Shown: in pieces, positions 48,256-58,505 of the stretch
Layout of the letters: every line of letters begins with the position of its first letter
How positions within the stretch are numbered: position 1 is the first letter of the stretch
DNA from: Candidatus Woesebacteria bacterium
GTDB lineage: Bacteria > Patescibacteriota > Microgenomatia > UBA1400 > UBA1396
Direction of reading: 5' to 3'
Length of the DNA stretch: 64,000 nucleotides
NCBI GenBank assembly: GCA_021208605.1
Contig: JAJOJK010000005.1
Span: forward strand, 10,214 to 74,213
Notes under the pieces: generated by a model
What the model saw: only the letters and a program-made list of their open reading frames with translations
Databases searched by the model: none
What the model was told of the DNA's origin: nothing
Made by a program: the position numbers and the translations under genes

Positions 48256-49359
48256 TTATAAATTGTTTTGACGTACAAACTGCTGCAACTGCTGCCAGGT
48301 TGGATCAACTGGTTCGTACACCCATTGACCGTACTTCTCGGTAGGCGGATGCACAAATAAGGTGGCGCTGTCAGTAGCGACTGACGACGCCGTTACGGGC
48401 AACTCCACAGAAGCAAACTCCGGAATCTGCTGCGTTTTCCACAAATATCCGGCTAGAACTCCTCCGTCGTAGAGCGACACCACATCTTGGTAGCGATCCG
48501 CGTACCAGCGGTAGAGACGACCAGCGGTATACGGATTGGCAATAAAGTGGGGATCGGTCATTTTGGCAAACAGCGCTGATAACACTTGGCGCTGGCGGCG
48601 AGTACGGGCCTCGTCAGTGCCCTCTTCAGGATCGGCGCTTTTGCGAGTACGAATGTACTTGAGCGCCGTTTCCCCATCCATAGTTTGCTCACCAGCCTCA
48701 AAGGTAATCGTTTCATAGAGTACTGCCGGATCAGTCTCCACCGAAACATCGACCCCACTGCGCGGGAACCGATCGTCCGTAAATGTGTGCGGCACATCTA
48801 CTGTCACCCCACCCACCAGATCAATGAGGTCTTGCACATCTTCTAGTGAAACGACCACAACTCCATCAAAGTCTACACCCGTCATCTCCGTGAGCACTTG
48901 GGACGTGAACTTCTCGGGAGCAGCGGGATTGCGTTCTGTGCCGTAAAAATAGAGCGCATTTACTTTGGTGGCATACTCTGGGTGGTACACATCGCGGGGA
49001 ATGCTGAGCGTAGAAACGGTGTTCTCTGCCGGTTGGTAGGTAATCATCATGAGCGTGTCGGTCAAAATAGCGGACCGTCCACTGCCCGCCACCTCATCTA
49101 TACCCAGAAGCAAGAGGCGAAATGGCTCTGTCTCTTCCTGACGTATCGTCTGCCACCAACCAGTTCCCGCTTCCGCGGCGATGGTGAGTGGTGATCGACC
49201 CGCTGTCTCAAGAAACGCATCATGGAGTACTACAGATCGCTGTACAATCCATCCCGTCAGAAAGGCCAATAAAAAAAGCAAGACACTAGTCCCAATAAAA
49301 ACAGAAACCAATGTACCTTGTACCACCGATGCTACTATGCGCCGAAACCAGTGTGTCAT
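48256..49359 (-). CDS. LCP (LytR-CpsA-Psr) family protein
   Basis: LLLGID, TDTLM, LSIPRD, ALKYIRTRK and RTRRQRQV motifs. Confidence 0.92.
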   Translation of the reverse strand: MTHWFRRIVASVVQGTLVSVFIGTSVLLFLLAFLTGWIVQRSVVLHDAFLETAGRSPLTIAAEAGTGWWQTIRQEETEPFRLLLLGIDEVAGSGRSAILTDTLMMITYQPAENTVSTLSIPRDVYHPEYATKVNALYFYGTERNPAAPEKFTSQVLTEMTGVDFDGVVVVSLEDVQDLIDLVGGVTVDVPHTFTDDRFPRSGVDVSVETDPAVLYETITFEAGEQTMDGETALKYIRTRKSADPEEGTDEARTRRQRQVLSALFAKMTDPHFIANPYTAGRLYRWYADRYQDVVSLYDGGVLAGYLWKTQQIPEFASVELPVTASSVATDSATLFVHPPTEKYGQWVYEPVDPTWQQLQQFVRQNNL

Positions 49360-49362
49360 ACG

Positions 49363-50397
49363 TTATTTTCCAATTGCGACGCGGAAACGGAGCCATTTCC
49401 AGCGCAGACTATCACCTAGTGTGAAGAGACTATAGATCGGTGAATTGATAACCAAATCATGTGTCGGGAGAGACTGGACAAGCTCGACGTCATACCCTTC
49501 CTTGAATTTGTGGAAACCATACCATTTGTGATTGCTATCGGGATTTGGTCCGAGTGATCCCCACATATCAAATGAAGTACACCCTTCGCGTTTGGCGAGC
49601 TTAAGCGCTTCCCACATCATCAAATTATTCGCCATGACTTCACGATGCTCACGAGAACTGGCGCCATAGGGATAGTACCCTACGCCGTTGAAAAGAAACA
49701 GAATCCAAGCACTTAGGGTTTTGCCTTCGTATGTCGCCTTGAGAATGCGGAGCATACCGCTTTCGCAAAGCACTTTCCACATAGTGCGGAAATAATCAGA
49801 TCCATGGGCATAAAAACCCTGACGAGCCGTTGTCTCTTCCAAGAGGCGAATGTACTCTTCCAAACCAGCTTGTGTGGTGTCTTCGACTACTTCCACGCCT
49901 TTTCGTTCGGCGAGACGAATATTGTAGCGAGTTTTACTCTTGAAACCGGCCAACATCGTTTCTTCGTCGGCGCTGAGATCTTTGACAAACGTGTAACGAG
50001 TAAACAATGAACGGCCAGGTTGAGCGCTGTTATTGCTCAGCATTTCTTCCAAATCAGCAAACGGCTGTTCTGCTTCCACGGGAGCCTGCACATTGGGTTC
50101 CAGTTTTATAAACACGCATCCCTGACGACGACCAACTTCCGACAGTGCGTGCAGCATTTCTGGGGTAGGTCGAGGACCCTTTGGCATGTAACCAGCGGTA
50201 CCACCTAAGACTGGAATCTTGTGGAACGTCACTGACAAAGCCTGTTCCAAAGCACCGTTATCACCAAAAATTCCCAGGCGTTCTAAAGATTGCCCAGTAG
50301 CTTGGCGAAACTCACCCCACTCCCACGACTGCAGCGGGTGCGCAGCCACGGCATTAAAGCGTTCTTTTTCTTCCAAGGTGATAGGACGGATAATCAT
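49363..50397 (-). CDS. FemABX-family peptidoglycan aminoacyltransferase
   Basis: HPLQSWEWGEFR, KTRYNIRLAERKGV, YPYGAS and GFHKFKEGY motifs. Confidence 0.92.
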   Translation of the reverse strand: MIIRPITLEEKERFNAVAAHPLQSWEWGEFRQATGQSLERLGIFGDNGALEQALSVTFHKIPVLGGTAGYMPKGPRPTPEMLHALSEVGRRQGCVFIKLEPNVQAPVEAEQPFADLEEMLSNNSAQPGRSLFTRYTFVKDLSADEETMLAGFKSKTRYNIRLAERKGVEVVEDTTQAGLEEYIRLLEETTARQGFYAHGSDYFRTMWKVLCESGMLRILKATYEGKTLSAWILFLFNGVGYYPYGASSREHREVMANNLMMWEALKLAKREGCTSFDMWGSLGPNPDSNHKWYGFHKFKEGYDVELVQSLPTHDLVINSPIYSLFTLGDSLRWKWLRFRVAIGK

Positions 50398-50450
50398 AAG
50401 CTGTACGTATGGTAGCAAACTTCTCGGGAAGGAGAAAGGAGACTCTGTTT

Positions 50451-51221
50451 CTATCCTGTATTAGAAGGCTGAGGCATGGTAAGGCTATTTTTTTTAAACT
50501 CGTCGATGAGAGATTGTCTTTGCTCTGTTTCAGATGGTAAATGATATATGCTTGCTGACGGAACAGCACTTTCAAGAAAATGCAATGCCAAAACGCCTCT
50601 ATCCCAGGTCTCTTCTGTTTCGAAATGGTGGAGTTCTCCGGCTAAATAGTGTTTCACGACATCACTGAAGAGAAGTCTGGCAAAGCCAGGATTTTCTCGC
50701 GGTCCACCTTTAAATCCTTGATCATAGTAGTAAAACGAATCTTCAGCAAGACCAGTAGCCCAGTCAATGCCTTCAAGCTGTGGTTCTAATGTTTGGGGCT
50801 GAATTTCGCCACTTCTATAAAACGCCATATTGGGAAAATCTGTACTCAAAAGTTCTAAAGTTCGTGCAATCAAATGATTTACTCCGAGAAAGTCTGGTAA
50901 ACGAGATCTACCACTCAAAAAATTATCTGCTGCTTGCAGGGCAAGACCATCTGAAAGTTCACTTAACTCACGAAATGCTTGAACAGTACCCAGTCCTACT
51001 CCTAGAACAGGTGGACGATCTTCATCTTGACGCCATGTCCTCAGAATCCAGCCAGGATTCCTCAAGGCTTTTGCCATGTAGATACATAAAAAAGCCTCTT
51101 GCACTTCCAAAGATGAAAAGCTGGATGCTGTTTTTATATCTGACAGACGCAATTCTCGTACTTGTAATACTGATTGTTCACTCTCATGACCAAATCGTGA
51201 TAATAAATCCCCGATACGCAT
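50451..51221 (-). CDS. Hypothetical protein (256 aa)
   Basis: Long ORF filling the gap between femX-like and pcrA on the same strand; no recognised motif. Confidence 0.62.
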   Translation of the reverse strand: MRIGDLLSRFGHESEQSVLQVRELRLSDIKTASSFSSLEVQEAFLCIYMAKALRNPGWILRTWRQDEDRPPVLGVGLGTVQAFRELSELSDGLALQAADNFLSGRSRLPDFLGVNHLIARTLELLSTDFPNMAFYRSGEIQPQTLEPQLEGIDWATGLAEDSFYYYDQGFKGGPRENPGFARLLFSDVVKHYLAGELHHFETEETWDRGVLALHFLESAVPSASIYHLPSETEQRQSLIDEFKKNSLTMPQPSNTG

Positions 51222-51265
51222 GCACTCAGTTTATAGGGCGAAACATAACAATACAATTAAGAAAA

Positions 51266-53191
51266 CTACCGTCCCAACCACTCATCAATATCCATGCTGC
51301 CGTCGAGAATAGCGTCGAGCATGGGATCGTCGAGTGGGGTCTCGGAATGAGAGTTCTCGGAGCGCAAGCGTGCATTCTGCCCAAACGGGGAAGCTCCATC
51401 TTCAAACGCATGCGCCGGAATCTCGCGCAAGAAACGAGCCGGCATCTGTTGGGAGTAATTTCCATACAGCAGTCTTCGCTGGGCGTAGGACAACACCAAT
51501 CGGCTCTTCGCGCGGGTAATGCCGACGTAACACAAGCGGCGCTCTTCTTCCATCTGCTCGCGATCTTGCAAAGACCGACTGTGCGGGAACAAGCCCTCTT
51601 CGAGTCCCACCAAAAAGACATACGGAAACTCGAGCCCCTTCGCGGCGTGCAACGACATGAGCGTTACCGCTGGCCCCTCGCCCATGCTGGAGCGCTCTTC
51701 TCGCTCGCCACCGACCAAAGCTACCTGCTCTAAAAAGAGTGGCAACTCCGGGAACTGGGCCGCTACCGAATGCAACTCTTGAATATTTTCAATACGAGTC
51801 AGATCGGTAGGATCTTTTTCGTCGAGCTTGTCCATGTAGTTGCTGGATTTCAGGATGCCCTCGAGCAAATCTTGCGTGGTGCCGGTCACTTCGCCGGTTT
51901 CGAGATTGCGCACGGTGTCGCGCCACTCGGTAAAATTGGCGTAGCGGCGCTTGCCGAGCTTGAGGACCCGGTTTTCGCTAATCACATCGTTCGGCTGGTA
52001 AACCAGTTGCAAGTACGCCAGAATATCTTTGATTTCTTTGCGCGAGTAGAAGGCCACGCCACCCACAAGTTTGTAGGGAATTCCCTTTCGCAGCAATGCT
52101 TCTTCAAACTCACGACTCTGGGCGTTGGTACGATACAAAATAGCCACGTCACTCAGCTCATCGGGGTGTTCGCGGGCGATGATATTGGCGACTAAGTGCG
52201 CTTCTTCGGTACCATCGTTGGCCTGTAAAACACGCAGTTTGTGCGTGTCGACACTATCGGTCCATAACTCCAAAACCGGGTGCATAGTGTTGTTACGAAT
52301 CACATTTGAAGCCGCTTCCAAAATGCTCGGCGTGGAGCGATAGTTACGCTCCAGGCGGTATTCTTCCACATTGGCAAAGTCTTGGCGGAGTTTCAGTAAG
52401 TTGCGGTAATCTGCACCTCGCCACCCATAAATAGCCTGACTGGCGTCACCGACCACATAAAGGTTGTTTTGCGGAAACGCAATCAGCTTGGTGAGCACAT
52501 ACTGGGCGTGGTTGGTATCCTGGTACTCATCAATTAAAACGTGCTTCCACTGCTGCTGATACTGTTTACGAATGTGCTCGTTTTTGCGAAACAACTCCAC
52601 AACTTTGCTGAGCATGTTGTCAAAATCAACGGCTCCCGCCTCGATCAGTTTTTTCTCGTAGATACGATACACGCGCGCTACCGTAGTCTGAAACGGTCCG
52701 CGAGCAAACTGCTCGTACTCTTCGGGAGTGATGAGTTGCTGCTTCGACTCAGAAATGCTCTTCACCAGCGCTCGGGGGTGATACTTTTTGGAATCAAGAT
52801 TCAGTTCTTTGGCAATGAGTTTAATGAGAGACAGCTGATCATCACTGTCATAAATAACGTAACTTTGCGATAGACCGACCAGCTCCGCATGGCGTCGCAG
52901 CAAGCGCGCGCACAAACGGTGGAACGTGCCGGCATAGGGCAAACTGTAGCCCGTCAGCACACGCACGCGCTCTTCCATCTCTTTGGCGGCTTTGTTGGTA
53001 AAAGTCAGTAAGACAATTTCTTCTGGCTGGATGTTTTTTTGGTCAATCAGGTACGCCACTCGTGTGGTTAAGACGCGTGTTTTCCCAGAACCGGCCCCGG
53101 CCAACACCATTGCCGGACCATCGCCGTGCAAAACTGCTTGGCGTTGTTCCTCGTTGAGTACACTCAAGTACGTTGGCTCTGATTGGGACAT
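51266..53191 (-). CDS. pcrA: UvrD/PcrA SF1 DNA helicase
   Basis: AGAGSGKT, DEYQDTN, NYRS, LYRTNAQSR, HAAKGLEF and EERRLCYVGITRA motifs. Confidence 0.95.
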   Translation of the reverse strand: MSQSEPTYLSVLNEEQRQAVLHGDGPAMVLAGAGSGKTRVLTTRVAYLIDQKNIQPEEIVLLTFTNKAAKEMEERVRVLTGYSLPYAGTFHRLCARLLRRHAELVGLSQSYVIYDSDDQLSLIKLIAKELNLDSKKYHPRALVKSISESKQQLITPEEYEQFARGPFQTTVARVYRIYEKKLIEAGAVDFDNMLSKVVELFRKNEHIRKQYQQQWKHVLIDEYQDTNHAQYVLTKLIAFPQNNLYVVGDASQAIYGWRGADYRNLLKLRQDFANVEEYRLERNYRSTPSILEAASNVIRNNTMHPVLELWTDSVDTHKLRVLQANDGTEEAHLVANIIAREHPDELSDVAILYRTNAQSREFEEALLRKGIPYKLVGGVAFYSRKEIKDILAYLQLVYQPNDVISENRVLKLGKRRYANFTEWRDTVRNLETGEVTGTTQDLLEGILKSSNYMDKLDEKDPTDLTRIENIQELHSVAAQFPELPLFLEQVALVGGEREERSSMGEGPAVTLMSLHAAKGLEFPYVFLVGLEEGLFPHSRSLQDREQMEEERRLCYVGITRAKSRLVLSYAQRRLLYGNYSQQMPARFLREIPAHAFEDGASPFGQNARLRSENSHSETPLDDPMLDAILDGSMDIDEWLGR

Positions 53192-53259
53192 AGATTCACA
53201 CCCTAGCAAAAAAAACGCACAAACGAAAGACAGCAATTGTGCTGCCAGACGTTTTTTCT

Positions 53260-54435
53260 TTATTCTACAAAGGTAATTGCGGTGCCCACTTTGCCGGCAC
53301 GACCAGTGCGACCAATGCGGTGCACGTAGTCAGCGTAGGACTGTGGTTCGTCATAGTTAATCACGTGGGAAACGTCATCAATATCGATACCGCGAGCAGC
53401 CACATCAGTAGCGAGTAAAGCTTGGACGTGTCCATCTTTAAACGTACGCAGGGCCCGTTGGCGAGCACCTTGGCTTTTGTTTCCGTGGATAGCGATAACT
53501 TTGAATCCGCGTTCTTTGAGCTTGCGTTCCAGCTTGTTGATACCATGCTTGGTGCGACCAAAAATGATCGCTTTTTCAACATCCCCTTGAATGAGAATGT
53601 CGTGCAGCATCTCGACTTTGTCCTGGCCAATTTTGACCGGCAACGCTTTCTGCTCCACATGGTGACTGGTCTCAGCCTGCTTGACGCTGATCTTGACTGG
53701 CTTATCCATCAGCTTGCGCATGATTTCGTCGGTAGCCGAGTCACTCGTAGCACTGAAAAATGCTGCATGACGTTTGCGTGGCAACTTAGAAATCAAAAAC
53801 AAAATGTCCTGACGGAAACCAATGTCGAGCATGCGGTCAACTTCATCGAGCACAATATTGGTAAACATTTCTGGATCAAAGTGACGGCGCTTGAGTAAGT
53901 CGATCAAGCGACCTGGTGTGGCAATCACAAAATGTGGGTTTTGCGCCAGCTGTTTGATTTGGCGATCCATACTGGTTCCGCCAATACAGACAGAAACACC
54001 AATCGGTAAATCTTTGGCAAACTCCACAAACTCATCACGAATTTGCAGTGCGAGTTCACGAGTTGGTGCCAAAATCAGTACGCCTTGATCAGAATCTTGC
54101 AACACTTTGTCGATAAACGGCAACAGAAACGCGGCTGTTTTACCGGTTCCGGTGTTGGCAATACCGACCACATCTTTCCCAGCGAGCAATTCTGGAATAG
54201 CCTGATCCTGAATAGGAGTCGGCTCTTCGTAGCCACGCTGAGCAATATTTTTTTGCAGACGGTCATCGAGCGCAAAATCAGTAAACTGATGTTCAATTTT
54301 CACCTCTGGTAATTCAGCCACAACGGCTTGCGCCGAGTTGGTATAGCGCTTTAAACGGCCCTCACGGCCAGTAGTATTTTTTTTGGAGCTCGAACGACGA
54401 CCAAAGCGGCGTCTCCCTCCACGAGAATAAGACAT
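53260..54435 (-). CDS. DEAD-box RNA helicase
   Basis: PTPIQ, TGTGKT, PTRELA, DEVD, SAT and HRIGRTGRAG motifs. Confidence 0.95.
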   Translation of the reverse strand: MSYSRGGRRRFGRRSSSKKNTTGREGRLKRYTNSAQAVVAELPEVKIEHQFTDFALDDRLQKNIAQRGYEEPTPIQDQAIPELLAGKDVVGIANTGTGKTAAFLLPFIDKVLQDSDQGVLILAPTRELALQIRDEFVEFAKDLPIGVSVCIGGTSMDRQIKQLAQNPHFVIATPGRLIDLLKRRHFDPEMFTNIVLDEVDRMLDIGFRQDILFLISKLPRKRHAAFFSATSDSATDEIMRKLMDKPVKISVKQAETSHHVEQKALPVKIGQDKVEMLHDILIQGDVEKAIIFGRTKHGINKLERKLKERGFKVIAIHGNKSQGARQRALRTFKDGHVQALLATDVAARGIDIDDVSHVINYDEPQSYADYVHRIGRTGRAGKVGTAITFVE

Positions 54436-54570
54436 ATTTCCTTTTCTTTTGTACTCACGGAGAGAATCGCATCGCTTGCCACCTGGCAAACTTCAAACCG
54501 AACAGAACGTATAGTATACCATACAAACGCCTTTTTCCGCTGAGAAGATGATGTTGTATGATGCATACAT

Positions 54571-55242
54571 ATGAAACTCTCCCACAAACTCATCGTTGCC
54601 AACTGGAAATCAAACAAGTCCGTGACCGAAGCCAAACACTGGGCTGAAACTTTCGTGCAGCAAGAACCAAAAGATGCCTACACCTATGTTGTCTGTCCAC
54701 CGTACTCGGCTTTGCTGGCTCTCCAGGACCAAGAGCAGTACTTTGCGCTCGGCGTACAGGACCTCAGTGCCTTCGGCGCTGGAGCCTATACCGGCGAGAT
54801 TTCCGCACATAATCTGCTCGATCTTGGAGTGAAGTACGCCATTCTTGGCCACTCCGAGCGCCGCCGCTACCAGAACGAAACCTCAGCTGATGTCGCCAAA
54901 AAAGTGACCTCGGCACTCGATGCTGGCATCACTCCGATTGTCTGTGTCGATCGCGATCAATTCGGTGAGCAGGCAGCTCAACTTACCGCCTCCCAACGCG
55001 AGCAAGTGATCGTGGCCTACGAACCGGTGCATGCCATCAGCACCTTTGGCGGACAAGAAGATCCCATTGAAACCACTCTGGAAAACATTGCCGCACTGAA
55101 AGAATCGTTTGGTAACGTACCGGTACTTTACGGGGGCAGCGTTACGCCAGAGAACTCACTCGTGTACTTACAAGAGGATGCTATTCAGGGAGTTTTAGTT
55201 GGTGGAACGAGCTTAGATCCAGAAAAATTTGCTCAATTGTGA
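54571..55242 (+). CDS. tpiA: Triosephosphate isomerase
   Basis: ANWK, GAYTGE, GHSERR, AYEP and YGGSV motifs. Confidence 0.93.
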   Translation: MKLSHKLIVANWKSNKSVTEAKHWAETFVQQEPKDAYTYVVCPPYSALLALQDQEQYFALGVQDLSAFGAGAYTGEISAHNLLDLGVKYAILGHSERRRYQNETSADVAKKVTSALDAGITPIVCVDRDQFGEQAAQLTASQREQVIVAYEPVHAISTFGGQEDPIETTLENIAALKESFGNVPVLYGGSVTPENSLVYLQEDAIQGVLVGGTSLDPEKFAQL

Positions 55243-56912
55243 ACCGCATACACGCGGTATGACGCGTTGCTCAATACAGGATCACCAAATTGCTGACGGA
55301 AATAGTCCTCATTCGCCTTGAAATCATGGATCTCTGGCAACCCAATCACCACATAATCAATACTGTACTGCTCGAGTAATTCACGTGCGTTTTCCTCACC
55401 AGCAAACATGGCAAACATATCGGTTTCTCGCTGACGATAGTCAATTCCATACGTCCACATCCAACCGCGATAGCCAAGCAAAATTTGGCGCCCGGTCAGA
55501 GCCGGTACCCAGTGGTTGTGTTTATCGGCGGTCAGCACCACGTCACCCGGCTCAGAAATCTGCCGAAAATGGGCTGCCAACTGTAAGTCCGCCACGCTCC
55601 ACATGAGGTGAGAATTTTTCTCGGTACCGGTAATGCGCCAGAGATCGAGCCATCCAGAAGACGTGATTACCATGAATACGATGATCGCTCCTGCCGGTCC
55701 AAGTATTCTCCGTGCGCTCCAGGTTCGACTCAAGGCTTCTACGACGGCAATTGTGAGAAACAGGTACGTCCATGTCAGTATTTTTGAGTTATCCCAGTCA
55801 TACGGCTGAAATAAAATTAAATTCGTCAAACCAAACGTGAGCCAACCGGCAACCACAAAGGGATTCTTCCATAACTTACCCCAGACCGTGCCGATTGCTG
55901 CCAGAGGCAAAAACAGTCCCCAGTTCAGCAGCCAAAACCAGAACCAGTTTTCTCCTTTGGCTCGTGGATTCGCTAACCAACCAGGCATCCAGGTAAAGAA
56001 ACTCCCACCAACTTCACCGCCATACAGCCACCAAAATATCGGCACACTCATCACACCAGCCGCCACCGCAAAAGGCACCCAGAACTTCCAGCGACGCGGC
56101 TCCATGGCAAACCATACCGCACACGTCACAACCAGCACAATAAAACTGTGGACATGCACAAACAGCAAAGCACTACTTACTACTCCGAGTCCAATAATCG
56201 CCGGCACAGAAACAGTGGCTGCTTTTCGTTTTGACCAGAGAAAAAGATAGACACTCAACGCCACCACCATGCCGAGCAACAACGCGCGCTGTGGCACCAA
56301 TTGTCCAGACACCACATTGATCCATTCGAGAGTAATATCGCCAATGTGTGTGTATTCACGCGGAGGATGAAGGAGCGTTTGCCAAGTGGGCGATTCCCAC
56401 AAATCAGCGAAAAACCAAAGGAATCCTAATCCACCGCTTGTCAGAAAGATGGTCACCCCAAGTACGGCGCGAGTGGCAGATTTCCAAAAGAGCCAAAAGA
56501 AAGCGTACATCACTCCCAACAAAAGCAATGTGGTGAGAATAGTGGGCACTATAAATGCCGAAACAATATCCCAACCAGCACCCATCAACCAGCCAGAAAT
56601 TGCGTCTGCTAAAAATGGATAGGTAAATTTTTTACCCACAAACAACGGGTGTGAGGACAACCACATCGACCAAGGCCGAAACGCAAAAACACTGGCGTAG
56701 GTCACATGAACGGACCAATCCGCCCAGACCCCAATCCAACCAGCAGTAATGCCCTCTTTTGTCCAATAAAAAATATCTCGCCACAGGAGCGTGAAAAAAC
56801 CACCCCACGAGGCTAGAACTACCGCCAACCCCGAAAACCATGATTGACGCAAAGCATCACGCAAAAACGTCGTATAATGGCTCAATGATGCGTTTGTTTT
56901 TTTCCAGTTCAC
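55233..56912 (-). CDS. Multi-TM GT-C-like membrane protein
   Basis: WADWSVH...YPFLAD, many TMs and a soluble C-terminal domain (GYRGWMWTYG); start uncertain. Confidence 0.75.
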   Translation of the reverse strand: MNWKKTNASLSHYTTFLRDALRQSWFSGLAVVLASWGGFFTLLWRDIFYWTKEGITAGWIGVWADWSVHVTYASVFAFRPWSMWLSSHPLFVGKKFTYPFLADAISGWLMGAGWDIVSAFIVPTILTTLLLLGVMYAFFWLFWKSATRAVLGVTIFLTSGGLGFLWFFADLWESPTWQTLLHPPREYTHIGDITLEWINVVSGQLVPQRALLLGMVVALSVYLFLWSKRKAATVSVPAIIGLGVVSSALLFVHVHSFIVLVVTCAVWFAMEPRRWKFWVPFAVAAGVMSVPIFWWLYGGEVGGSFFTWMPGWLANPRAKGENWFWFWLLNWGLFLPLAAIGTVWGKLWKNPFVVAGWLTFGLTNLILFQPYDWDNSKILTWTYLFLTIAVVEALSRTWSARRILGPAGAIIVFMVITSSGWLDLWRITGTEKNSHLMWSVADLQLAAHFRQISEPGDVVLTADKHNHWVPALTGRQILLGYRGWMWTYGIDYRQRETDMFAMFAGEENARELLEQYSIDYVVIGLPEIHDFKANEDYFRQQFGDPVLSNASYRVYAVHN

Positions 56913-58258
56913 TTATGGCTTTCGTATTTGTCAGTATTGTAGCGTTTGCCTTAGTGACGCGCATGTGGCGAATTTCCACTCCATCCACATACTACTTTGA
57001 TGAGGTCTACCACGCCGTCACTTCAAAACTGGTGGCCCGCAATGACGCCCGAGCATATGAATGGTGGAACCCCGCGCCAGAAAAAGACACCGCCGTGGAC
57101 TGGCTTCACCCTCCGTTTGCCAAACTCACGCAAAGCTTGAGCATGCTCGTATTTGGCGAAAACAGTTTTGGCTGGCGTTTCAGTTCCGTCGTATTTGGAA
57201 CCGCAACGGTAGGTGTACTCTATTTTGTGGCGCGCGAACTGGGCTTTGATGAAACCACTAGCCTGGCAAGTACTGGTTTATTGGCATTAAGCGGCCTGGC
57301 CCTGAGCATGTCGCGCATTGCAATGAACGATATACATGTGACTTTCTTCATTCTCTTGAGTGTTGGTCTGTACTGGCGATGGCGAAAATCGCCTACGTTG
57401 CTTTTGTCCGTGCTGGTTGGTTTGAGTACTGGTTTAGCGTTTGCTTCGAAGTGGTCAGGTATTTTCTTGCTCGGGCTTTTTGCTTTTGATACTGCCGCGC
57501 GCTTCAAATCTGATTTTCTGCAAAACCGAACTCTTCCCAGTCGGGTTTTTGTCCAACTGTGGGCATCCTTGCTATTACTCATACCAACAGTCTATTTCTT
57601 GAGTTATGGCCAAATGTTTTTGCAAGGGAAAGATCTCACTCACTGGTGGGAACTCCACCAACAAATTTGGTGGTATCAAACAAATTTGGAAGCAACACAT
57701 CCGTACCAATCTACTCCTCTGCAGTGGGTACTCAATCTCCGTCCGGTCTATGCCTTCACAGACAGCACCTCTACCGTTCTGGCGGACATTTACCTACAAG
57801 AAAACCCAACTCTTGCTTGGTTTGGAGTGGTAGCGGTCATTTGGACCCTCGCTGACGTCGGTATGTATGCACTTTCCACCATGAAAGTGGTCTGGAAATC
57901 GGCTATGACACAGCAAAAAAAGTGGCAGACGCGGCTCAAGAAACTGTGGCTTCAATCGAGCGACACATACCGGCTTCTCTTTGTCGTTGCTGCCTACGCT
58001 GTCTTTTGGTTGCCGTGGGTAATTTCACCGCGCATTATGTTCTTTTATCATTACTTGCCTTCAATTCCGTTCCTGTGTTTGTTGCTCGCCTATCAACTGC
58101 AGTTCTTGCGCCAAAAATTCTATGGAAACGGTATCGCCATTGGAATCATTGGTATTATCGCGCTAAATTTTGTCTTGTTTTATCCGCACTGGACCGGATT
58201 ACCAGTTGATCGCGAACTGTGGAGTTGGCTCTACTTCGCACTGCCTCAGTGGCAATAA
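56885..58258 (+). CDS. Protein O-mannosyltransferase-like (PMT, GT39)
   Basis: YYFDEVYH, HPPFAK, SRIAMND, SKWSG, HPYQS and FFYHYLP motifs. Confidence 0.9.
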   Translation: MMRLFFSSSLMAFVFVSIVAFALVTRMWRISTPSTYYFDEVYHAVTSKLVARNDARAYEWWNPAPEKDTAVDWLHPPFAKLTQSLSMLVFGENSFGWRFSSVVFGTATVGVLYFVARELGFDETTSLASTGLLALSGLALSMSRIAMNDIHVTFFILLSVGLYWRWRKSPTLLLSVLVGLSTGLAFASKWSGIFLLGLFAFDTAARFKSDFLQNRTLPSRVFVQLWASLLLLIPTVYFLSYGQMFLQGKDLTHWWELHQQIWWYQTNLEATHPYQSTPLQWVLNLRPVYAFTDSTSTVLADIYLQENPTLAWFGVVAVIWTLADVGMYALSTMKVVWKSAMTQQKKWQTRLKKLWLQSSDTYRLLFVVAAYAVFWLPWVISPRIMFFYHYLPSIPFLCLLLAYQLQFLRQKFYGNGIAIGIIGIIALNFVLFYPHWTGLPVDRELWSWLYFALPQWQ

Positions 58259-58296
58259 TGTACTTTTTTTGTACACTTTGACGCTACAGTACCGGT

Positions 58297-58497
58297 ATGC
58301 AAAACCATTCTTCTCCCGAACCTGTGCCTACGGATACAACGAAAGATTCACCACTTGATGACTTTTGCCCGATCTGCGCGGCACAGGAAAAAGCAGATAA
58401 CGAAGGTCGAGACATTACGCTCGATGAACTTATGGAAGCCTTTCGCGAAAGCGAAAAACTCGGTGCGGTCGTTGGATATGGTCCCGACGATCTCTAG
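58297..58497 (+). CDS. Small CxxC hypothetical protein
   Basis: DDFCPIC; TACAGT 6 nt upstream of the ATG; fills an intergenic gap. Confidence 0.65.
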   Translation: MQNHSSPEPVPTDTTKDSPLDDFCPICAAQEKADNEGRDITLDELMEAFRESEKLGAVVGYGPDDL

Positions 58498-58505
58498 TCC
58501 GCAAA

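Noticed and set aside
50780-51733. 317-aa plus-strand ORF
   Set aside because: Antisense to pcrA and the neighbouring ORF, with no motifs; a shadow ORF.
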